Assembly: GCF_009834535.1 (NCBI RefSeq)
Contig: NC_045706.1
Location: 10,914,001-10,978,000, forward strand
Origin: Camelus ferus
Taxonomy: Eukaryota
Reading direction: 5' to 3'
DNA: 64,000 nucleotides
The translations under genes and the position numbers were made by a program. The notes under the pieces are model-generated. The model was given only the letters and a program-made list of their open reading frames with translations. It had not been told where the DNA came from and ran no database searches. Shown here piece after piece: positions 26,383 to 36,180 of this stretch. Each line of letters starts with the position of its first letter. Positions within the stretch are counted from its first letter, which is position 1.

Positions 26383-26570
26383 TCTGTGGTTTCTCAGTGT
26401 GTTCATAAATCACATAAGGGTTGGGGGGGTGGGCTTGATAAAACGCAGCTTTCTGGATCATGCCCCAGAACCCCTGATTCAGTCTTGGGAGCCCGAGGTG
26501 AGAAAGAGTTGGCTGCGTTTTCAACAAGCACTCAGTTGATTCTTATGCCCCTGAAGTGTGAGGACCCCTT
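26383..26570. mobile_element. MER5-like hAT-Charlie MITE
   Basis: gtggtttctca...cttgataaaacgcagctttctgg...ccccaga...tgattcagt...ttcaacaagcactcagttgattcttatgc...gtgtgaggacc. Confidence 0.6.
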
Positions 26571-28374
26571 GAAGGGTTCTGTGCACCCGCCCTGCCCCAA
26601 CCACGACTGGCACTGTGATGGTAACTGGGATGCTGTTCACTTGAAAAGCAAAGCCAAAGCCACAGCTGCGACCAGACCGAGGGCTGACCCATCAGGGGGA
26701 TCCCCTCCCCTGCCAGGCTGTTAGACTTTAACTGGTCCCATTAAACCTCTGGGACCAGTTTCAAATTTATTGCTGGGCTTAAGTTTTTATTTAAAGATGA
26801 CAGTTGACAAAACAATTTAATGTCTTTGTTATAACAACCCAGTGGCGGGGCAGGCTTGGCTGCTGGGGAAACTTTCTGCAGAACATCACTGGCGCAGGCC
26901 AGTGAGATCTGGGAGAGCAAATCCAGAACAGAGAGGCTAGGCTGGGCCAGGGGCATGGTTTATACAGGTGTGGTCAGCCCACAAGCCAGCTGAGTCCAAG
27001 GTGCCAACTCTGCACACCACCAAAGGCAGCCTGTGGACGGGTGCTAATGGTACTTTACCTGCCTTCACAGACCTTATATTTGAACTGATGTCTCCTTTCC
27101 TCACTATTAGAAAGTTTGCAAACCTAGGCAGGTGCCTGGCTGGGCCATTTCCTAGAGCTTCCTGGGTGAACTGAGTCACTTCCCTCCCGGGGGTTGAGTA
27201 ATCCACTTGGCCCCTTCCGCTGGGCTCTGGGAACTTGCTGTTTAAGTTGTACTAAATTTACTCTCACCATTTCTTCTGCTTCCCCCCGATATCTTTCCAA
27301 AACAGCAACCCTGGGGGTGGCAGAGGGGCCCAGGCAGACAGCAGCATCCCCTCCTTGATAAGAGCTGTCAGGAGGTGTCCACTCGAGCAAAACAGTCCCT
27401 TGCAGACTTCCGGGGACAAATGTCCCTTCTAAACAAGCTCCCATCTCTCGGCCCTGCTGAGTGCCTGTGGATCAGCTTTGCTGCCCCCCTCCCTGTGGAG
27501 TGCTCTGGGACCTGGAATCTGGCCTGCCTTCTCTCCCATTCCCACTCCCCTTCTCCCCGCTCTGCCCATGGGTGGCTGGGCATTCCCGCCTCTGTCCCTT
27601 GTCCTCTCCCAAAGCTAGGTCTCCCTGCTCCAGGGGGCACACTCTTCTTGGGCTCCTACCTCCTGCCTCCCTCCCTCCCTGCACCTGAAATGCAGCCTAT
27701 CCATCTCCCCGGACAGCTGCAGAGGCCACCAAGGGGCGGGACTTGTCCAGAGATGCCCATTTCAGAAGGGAGAGAACTGAGAACTCAAATCTCTGAGTAT
27801 GGAGTGCGTGGCTTTTCTCTTTCCTTCCCTGCCTCCCTGCCTCCCTGCTTCACTTCCTCCTTTCTTTCTTTCTTTCTGTCTCCAGTCAGGACATTAAAAA
27901 CAGACAACACCATCATCAGCCATCTTTACCATCCCACAGTCGAAGGCTGTTCCAACACCCCAAATAGCAGGAAAGAGAGCATCTCATGTAGAGAACTGTC
28001 CTGGTACACAAGAATCTTGTAGAGGCCGTTTCTATTGCTTTTAGGGAGAGGCTCTGGGTCACTGAAGACCTGTTCCACTGTGCTCCCCTGTGTAGCTCTT
28101 AACTTTTGCACCATGTAAATAATGTAATTATCCGCTTAAAAAAGACAACCCAAGACTGTCCTTACTTGATCGGCACAGCTCACTTGGTAAATATTTCCTT
28201 CTCCGTATTCTCATTCCTTTAGGGACCTCTGAAGAAAACTTCATGCCAGTGGGTGGCATTGAGGGCAGACGGCCATCTGGGAAAGGCTGGCCTCATCTTC
28301 TCAATTAATTTTAAGTTCAGTGAGAAAAGGGCCCGCCTTTCATTTCTTGCATCTTTCACTGCCCTTCCCTTTCT

Positions 28375-28575
28375 AGGCTCTGCAGCCAGACAACCTAGGG
28401 TTGAGTCCCATTGCTTCTACTTCCTGATTTGCTCCTTTGGAGCAAATGATTTTAACCTTGCTGTGCCTCAATTTCCTCACATGTAAAATGGGCCGGTGAT
28501 GGGCCTGACACCCCCCAAGGGTGGTTGTGAGGTTGAGATGGGGCATAGCAAGTGTTCAGTAAATACCAGCTGTTT
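28375..28575 (+). mobile_element. MIR
   Basis: ctgtgcctcaatttcctcacatgtaaaatggg core. Confidence 0.7.
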
Positions 28576-29186
28576 TTACAGCCATCATCCTCCTCTCTGT
28601 GTCTTGCCCCTCCACCGCTGACCATCTATCAGAAAACAGCCATCACTGAAAATCCATACGTGAGTGGCAGACACTGCTGACCACGAGGAAGACACAGCCT
28701 CCCTCTCAAGAAATACACAGTCTACCCTACTGACACTGGAGAGAAAAAGAACTTACTTTCCCCGAGGTAGAGGCCAGGGGAGAGTGAAGGCTCATTTCTG
28801 CATCAGTGTCAGGTCCCAGAGGAAGCACGAGGGCTTTTTGGAAAGTGAAAAAAAATGACAGGGTCTTCACCTTCACCTCCAGAATTGGGCTCCTGGGCAG
28901 TTTTTATTTTTTAAATTTTTTTCTGGGCCTTTGCCTAGAAAGTGAAGATTCTAGGGAAGCTACAAATAACAGTCCAGCATTCTTAGTTCCCTCTGGTAGA
29001 AACTGGAAACCAGTGGCCATCTGTTGTCTAGTCCACTCAAAAGAGGATGTTGAGGCTTGTTTTTTCTCTGGACCCAAGGGTGCTCAGGAGCCCCGCAGCC
29101 CCCTCCTGTCTCGCACAAAGCGTCTCCAAGAAGACAGCGGATTTTCGGGCTGCGTGGACCGCGCCCCCCCAGGCAGACCCCAGAGC

Positions 29187-29193
29187 ATGGCAT
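29187..29193 (+). CDS. RGS10: Candidate RGS10 alternative first exon 1b, coding part ATG GCA T (5' end unknown, about 29100-29150)
   Basis: Strong Kozak agcATGg; phase-1 donor CAT|gtaagg compatible with exon 2 (AC ATC...); local CpG enrichment; parallels the short mammalian RGS10 isoform. Confidence 0.7.
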
Positions 29194-30450
29194 GTAAGGA
29201 GTGACCCCTGCCGCTTTGACAGTTGCCCTCAGCTCACCCATCGCTGGGTGCTGGCAGGCGGAGTAGGGGTGGGGGGAGTGGGTGCAGACACAGGTGCACA
29301 GGGGGCCTCAGACCTCCTGTGAAAACTGCCATGAGGCCGTTTCTGAGCTGAGCCAACCTCTCCAGCCTATTGGCCTGCTCTGGTCTTTGATGCTTGCAAT
29401 TAGTGTGGTTATTTCAAATCGTTTTTATTTTTATTATTATTTTCTGCTAATGGCTGTTCACACAAACCTCCCCACAAAGGGAATTGCATGCCTGAAGGGT
29501 AGTTATTCTCAGAAACTAGATACTGGAGCTGATAAACACTCAAAGTAATATTTAGATAGAGTGTTTCCATGACCCAGTTTCTCCGGAGCCATACATAGAT
29601 CACCAGTTGTAACCAACTGATTCTCTGCTTCTAAGTTGGGATAACTTTTTTTTTAATGTAATGTTTGATGTGGTTTAGACGATAAGAGATTTTAAATAAG
29701 TTTTGTGGGGTGTGTACTTTCCCTGAGTATTTTAAAGGAGAGTGTGTGTGTATGTGTTGGGGGTAGGTACCATTATAGAATTTATGGTCAACATTTTTGC
29801 CTTTTCCTGACCTTGAATGTTCCTCGTTTTTTTCTTTAATATGCCGTGTGTTTGGGGGGTACTTTGGGAAAACCCTTTGCAAATGTAAGTTGACTCTGCT
29901 GTTGAGGAAGCTCAACACTGAGATTTTACTAAAATCCTCTTTGACGTGGGGAAATTGTCCAGGCAGGATCGTGACCTGGACCTTCCTGCAGACCAACAAC
30001 AGGAATCCATGCTGTAAGCATTCAGTTCTGATCAGGGTTAGAGATGCCTTTTGAGCATGGATTTCCAAGGAATTAGGTCTGGAGAAGATCTCTGATAGAT
30101 ATGACATCATAGCATCTATAAATAATGCATCGCACAATATGCTGCAAGCAGCCAGCCTCAGCCCTCTGCACCTTGATGCTGCACTGGCTTTGAAATAATG
30201 GCTTTTGCTGAAGTCAGAGACCACACAGAACAGCCTAAACGTGAATGGAGAGCGTGTGTAGATTGTGTTTGCTTGCCGGATGATTCTGGCTCAGTCTCAC
30301 ATGGGTTTTTGTCTGCGGGGAATGGACTTTTAGTTTTCTGCAGTCTCCACCCAGAGTATAATTGCTATCATTCTCTTCAAGGCTGTTGTGTTCTGGCCCC
30401 TGTGAGTGTGAAGATCAGCAGATATCAAAAATAAAAATGGTGCTAGAGCC

Positions 30451-30688
30451 TTGTGGTAAATGGCATGTGCTCTGGAGCAAGGTTATCTGGGCTTGGACCA
30501 TGACTCCCCATTTCCTAAGCTAGGTGACTCTTGCAAGTTACTGTGCCTCAGTTTCCTCATCTGTGAAGTGGGGGTAATATTAACCACATCAGAGGGTCAT
30601 TGTGAGAATGGAATGATTCAACCCACGGAAAAAGCTTGGAATGGTATCCAGCACATTGTGAATAATTTGGAAGTGTTAACTTATTATT
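30451..30688 (+). mobile_element. Near full-length MIR
   Basis: gctctggagc...ctgtgcctcagtttcctcatctgtgaagtggggg...tgttaacttattatt. Confidence 0.8.
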
Positions 30689-31029
30689 AGCCAATGACAG
30701 ATTCTTCTGAAGGTAAATTTATTGAAAAGTAAGCACTGGGCCTTCAAAAATCTGAAGATCTAAAATGCTTTGAAGAACCAAGGAGGTAAAAAATTATTTT
30801 TTTCATTGCAAAAATGTTTCACAGTTGATCTCAAGGGCAACAATAAATAAACAGAGCTAGACAAAATTGAAACAAACCAATGTTGTCACCAACAGCTCCT
30901 TACTAGCCTGAGCTGATCTTCAAGCTGCTAGAAAGATAGGTTTGACTCCTTTCCCACCGGTGCTTTCAAAACCTACCTTCTTGTGTAATTCATCTAAGAT
31001 GGAAACTTTGTGAGTGGGCAGAAACCTTG

Positions 31030-31103
31030 TCAATGATAGAGTGCATGCTTAGCATGCATGAGGTCCTGGGTTCAAGCCCCAGTACCTCCATTAAAAAAAA
31101 AAA
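31030..31103 (+). mobile_element. Camelid-type tRNA SINE with altered 5' head
   Basis: tagagtgcatgcttagcatgcatgaggtcctgggttcaagccccagtacctcca plus poly-A; aagatg(g/a)aaa on both flanks. Confidence 0.85.
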
Positions 31104-32174
31104 GATGAAAATTTAAAATGGAAACTTTTATCAATGAAAAAGGAAAGAAGAGTATTGGATCTTTGTGTTTTCAAGTGCCAGGAATTGAGAAGGAGTTGGG
31201 AAACTGGGAGCTCTTGGCTTTGCGCTATTCTTAAGCTCAGAAGTAAGCCTGCTTGCTATGAGGAAAGGTTATTTCTTTCTCCTGTACATCACTGGGCTGA
31301 TTATAACATTTAAAGTGAGCCGAGATGGCTTAGGAAGCCCTTATGTACATGCATCAGAAAACAGTGGACATCTCCTTGCGCAGAGGATCCTGAGGAACGG
31401 AAATGCCCTGACTTAAGGGGCAATCTCTGGGGCAGTGCCAAATGGGGTAGACCTCAGCCAGTCTCACTGGTGGTTGGGGAAAATGATATAGAGAAGAGAG
31501 ACATCATTTAATGAGTGGAATTGGCAAACACTGCTCTATCCAGAGCTATCTATATTGATACCAATCAAGAAGGACTTTTTATTTTATTTTTAAAAATTTT
31601 TTAAATTTTTTAAAAAGGCTTTTAAAATAAGGCACAGCCAAAAGTCTTAATCAAAATTGAAAGACAATCAGGAAGTCTTAGCAAAATTCAAACTAATATT
31701 TCTGGGGAAAGTGAAAACACATGACAGAGTTGTGAGCAGAGGATTCCTCTGGTAAGGACTGCTGGGGCGGAAGGGGGGCAGAAAGACACGGAGGAGTTTC
31801 ACTTTATCCAGGGCACCAAAGCCAGAAACCAGTGACCACGGCTGTGGAGAGTAGCTGTGTCTTGGTATAATTTCTGAGCCAGCCCTGAAAATTCTGTACC
31901 TTCTGTAACAGTGTCAGCTATAGATGTGTTTCACGACATCGTTGGAAGGGAGATGGTAGCCTAGGAGAGAACGGAAAGGAAGGGCCAACCATGTGCAAAC
32001 TCTGGTGTTCCAGGGAACCCTGGGGTTCTATGGAGGTGGACCTCGGGGGATGGGGGTGTAGGGACAGTTGCCCTTATTTGTAAATCCCAGTAGTGATTCC
32101 ATCCAGCAGTTCCTTAGCTGAGTCACCTTACCATCTGGACCTTCATTTCTCAGTCTATAAAATTAAAGGAATAG

Positions 32175-32305
32175 GGGGAGGGTATAGCTCAGTGGTAGAG
32201 CGCATGCTTAGCATTCACGAGGTCCTGGGTTCAATCCCCGGTCCCTCCTCTAAAAATAAATAAATAAGTAAACCTAATTACCTCCCCTCAAAACAAAACA
32301 AACAA
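32175..32305 (+). mobile_element. Full-length camelid-type tRNA SINE with intact A/B boxes
   Basis: ggggagggtaTAGCTCAGTGGtagagcgc...GGTTCAATCCCcgg; TSD aaaattaaaggaatag (32159-32174) / aaaattaggggaatag (32306-32321); inserted in a MIR remnant. Confidence 0.93.
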
Positions 32306-33843
32306 AAAATTAGGGGAATAGATCAGGTGAGTGGGTTTTGAGTTGTAAAACCTTTTGTTCAAATGAAAGCTGGCACAGAAACCTAATATGCAAAATGATT
32401 AGAGTATGAAATAAAAGGAAGGAGGGAGGGAACAATTATCTGGTGATGAGGACAGGTATCTTATCTCTCAGTTAACCAACCAGAAGACCTGGTTAACTAG
32501 AGCACTCTATTGGCTAAATGGGAATCCTCCGAGTGAGGCCGTGAAAACACAAATGTGTTTGGTTTATTATTGAAAAGAATGTTAGCAGTTTTGGAGTAAT
32601 TTCAGGCCAGGGTTGAAAACTTATAGCCAAAGTAGTGCCTGCAATGGCGAGAGAAATTTCGGACTGCCTAAGCTTGTTCCTGGAACAGCAAACTTGTGTC
32701 TCTACATGTATTTATTTAAGAGAAGATCTGCTAGGGAAGTGGAGTAAACTGTCCAGCTGTATGCTTTGCGTAAAGAGCAGAGAGTAAATTTGTGAAATGC
32801 TTGGCAGAATGAGCCCTGTTGCAGAAATTTCTTATAATAATGATCTTCTAATTTGATTCATACTTTGTTGGGAAGAAACGCAGTGTTCAGAAGCTTGCCG
32901 GTTTTAGCATTTGCAAAGAGAGTGGGGAACTAATTTAACATCCACGAACTGAAGATTCACTTTAGAGAAGCATCAGGTACCTTTGTGATATGTTTGAATG
33001 AGTTTGCCTCTCAATTAAAGAATGGATTTGTCCCCAACAATTCATTCTCTTACTTGCTCTATCGCCAATGCGTGTGAAACACAGACCCTGTGGGCTTCTG
33101 GCTTCTGCTTTATTTAGCCCAAGTTAGCCAATCAGTGTCTAAAAATCTAGATAGTTTTCCCAGATGCTGAGAGATGAGTCTCAGCTGCTTGAGAAATTAA
33201 CCTGTGTGTTGACACCCAACAGAACAGTTGCGATCACGGAAGCGGAGATACTACTAAGTCCAATATATTCTGCTACAACTTTCCTCCAAAAATTTTAAGT
33301 CATATGGCCCCTTAGCTACTTGCAGCAATTAATATTGATAAGAATTTAAAAATTTATCCTTTTAAAGTGATTTGCTTTCCTGTTTAATTTAAAGCTTGTT
33401 TTTCTCCTAAATTTAATCTTTTCTTTAGAGAAATATGTCTCTCTACTTTGGGGGGAGAAAAAGGAATGGAGAAAAAAAGTATTAGCTGTAAAAATAGTTC
33501 CCTTGATAGATCATTGTTTCAAGAGAGAGCTTCTATTTCTTGAGGGTCCACTGTCTGGGTGCCTGGTGTGCTTCCTCCTCTGATTCTTCCGATAACCTGA
33601 GAGATCAGGGGTGATCTCCCTCGTACACAGAATTTTGCCTGTGGTCACACAGTTCCAATTGGCCAAACTGGTTTTGGAACCTGGGCCCATGGAAGTGGCA
33701 TTCCGTGGTTTTCCTCTTCACTCCAGAAAGGGGCCAAATTCTATAGATGACGCGTCTTCATGTTGTTACTTCCTTCTTTAGGCAAGTAGCCAGAGTGTGT
33801 TAGTGGGAAGTCCTTGTCCCTTTTCCTTTAGTCAAGAGGCTCA

Positions 33844-33955
33844 TTTAATTAATAATTAATTAATTAATTAATTAATTAGAGGTACTGGGAATTGAACCCA
33901 GGACCTCATGCATGCTAAGCACGTGCTGTACCACTGAGCAATGCCACCCCCCTAC
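33844..33955 (-). mobile_element. Camelid-type tRNA SINE with (TTAA)n tail
   Basis: gaggtactgggaattgaacccaggacctcatgcatgctaagcacgtgctgtaccactgagc; TSD-like aggctc(a/t)ttt. Confidence 0.9.
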
Positions 33956-34554
33956 CCAGGCTCTTTTTAAGAGTAAGAGTGCAGCAGATGTGCAGGTGCA
34001 AAGTCACTTATTCATTCCGTCTACACACATAGTAACAGCGTGATGCTGAGTCCTATTGGAGCCTGAGAGGCACAAGGAAAAAAAATCAGTTTTAACCATC
34101 CTGCCTTTATTTAAATTTTTGGTATTTTGCTCATTATGGAACTTTTTTTTTTTTTTTGCATTACTTTTGATGTTTCAGAATATTGCATGAAAATCTTATT
34201 TATCTGATAACCCTCCTTAAATTTTGTGCTTGCAGCCAGTGCCTCCTTTCCCCCACCCTAGTCCCAGCCCTGGTACGTACTTTTATTTGTGTGCCAGGCA
34301 ATGAGCTACTGGCAGGAGATATAAGATCAAGATACACAGGAGCTTTCAGACAAGTGAGAGCCGGTCAAGTGAGACATAGTCACAACACAGCAAGATAATT
34401 ATAAGACCGTGCACAGAATGCGATGGGAAAGAGTCGCTGTTGAGTCAAGGTCCCAGGGAGGAGGGCTTGCGTGAGACTTGAGGGCTGCCTGGGGGTCAGC
34501 CAGTGAACACATGGGTAGGGGAAGAATGTATGGGGTTGTTGGGAAATGGCAAGT

Positions 34555-34710
34555 CCCTTCTTAGCTCTGAGCCTCAGTTTTCTGCATCTGTAAAATGAAG
34601 GAAATGGTAGCACCTACTGCCTAAGGTTGTTGTCAGGACTAGAATGAATTCAGCGTGTTAAACACCTAGAGTAGATTCTGGCATGTAACTTAATACTATA
34701 TGTTAGCCAT
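34555..34710 (+). mobile_element. MIR just upstream of RGS10 exon 2
   Basis: ctctgagcctcagttttctgcatctgtaaaatga...ggttgttgtcaggac. Confidence 0.75.
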
Positions 34711-34791
34711 AATGGTGATGATGATCAAAATGACTGTTATAAAATGATAGAATCCTTGGGCCACATACACAGTCTGAACTTTGCTTTGCAG

Positions 34792-34910
34792 ACATCCATG
34801 AGAGTGATGGGAGTTCCAGCAGCAGCCACCAGAACCCCAAGAGCACAGCCAAATGGGCGGCTTCTCTGGAGAATCTGCTTGAAGACCCAGAAGGCGTGAA
34901 AAGATTTAGG
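34792..34910 (+). CDS. RGS10: RGS10 coding exon 2 (119 nt), start of RGS domain
   Basis: ctttgcAG|AC ATC CAT...; [39 protein letters not shown]; donor AGG|gtttgc. Confidence 0.96.
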
Positions 34911-36093
34911 GTTTGCATTTTTTTGTTGTTGACCAGGGTTGATGCATCATACAAAGAAGTTGAGATGTATGTGAGGGAAACACAGGTTTTTTTTTTTTAA
35001 ACACTGTCTGTCCCAACTTGAGAATAAGAACTTCTCCCTAGTTATGACTAAGATGGAAACGCTTTCCTACTAGCTATGGACCAGCACTGAAGGACGGGCA
35101 CAGACTGTCTCTGGTTTTTATAGAGTTCGATGGGAGGGCATGAGGGTAATGGGGGATCAGTACTGTGCTCATTGGCAGAGTCTACAAAGAATTTCCAGCT
35201 CTGTGAGCCCTGGGAGGGGGTGTCTGGGTCTCTTTGATGTAAAGGTTTGTTCTCTTGTGTGTTAGGGATCCTCAGGACACATTATTAACAGAGTGAAAGC
35301 AGCTGAACAACAGCTGGCAGAGTGAAGTTGAACTCAAAGAGGAGGACAGGTGGATGGGGAGATGTTGGTGTTGCCTAGAAATGGCACGCAGAAACCCCAG
35401 GTGTCAGAAAAAACATCTGTGAATTTGAAGAATGCCTCGTATCTGCCCGAGTCCCACTGACTTCTGGCTTTCAGTCTTGGGTCAGGCCAGGATAAGCCCT
35501 CAAGCTGTTGGTCCTTGTTGCAGACCTTGAGGAGGTGGGGTACCAGACAGGGCTACTAACATTCCTGGACACAAGGCCACTGTGAGCACCGTCTAGATTC
35601 CAGAGAGGAAACTTCCATGCACAGCAGGAGAGCTGGCTGTGCCACTGACCCCTCAACATCTGCCAAAAGAACACACCTCCAACTTAAAAGAGTTCTCTTC
35701 GCGATGTTTGTAAGGCATGCTCAATATGTCTTCTTCTCTTTTGTTTAAAAAAAAAAAATGAGCCTGATTTTTGAGGAATGTACTTTGTTTAAACACTGTC
35801 TGGAAGGAACTAATATATCTTCCACTTTAATTTACTTTTTAGTAATTTATTGTCAGTTGAGGACTGGGAGTAGATTCCGGCTTCATTTTCACTCTTCTTC
35901 ACAGCGTCAAAGCCATCAAGTTCAAACACATATGAAATTCTAGCTTTAATACTTTGTGTTTCAGGGGGAGCTTTCACAGGGTGATTGAATATGCTCATTT
36001 GTTGAATTTGGACTTATCAGTTCTTGAAGGGAAATGCATTATTTGTTTTCTAAGTAGACTACTGCTTGATATTTTTCTTCTTTTCATCCACAG

Positions 36094-36180
36094 GAATTTT
36101 TAAAAAAAGAATTCAGTGAAGAAAATGTTTTATTTTGGCTAGCATGCGAAGATTTTAAGAAAACGCAAGATAAAAAGCAG
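36094..36180 (+). CDS. RGS10: RGS10 coding exon 3 (87 nt)
   Basis: ccacAG|GAA TTT...; [29 protein letters not shown] (RGS EFSEEN motif); donor CAG|gtactt. Confidence 0.97.

Noticed and set aside
29631..30224. 197-aa antisense ORF in RGS10 intron 1
   Set aside because: No domain signature, splice support or recognisable product.
32175..32250. tRNA-like sequence with A and B boxes
   Set aside because: It is a SINE head: multi-copy, A-rich tail and TSD, no proper acceptor stem. Not called as a tRNA gene.
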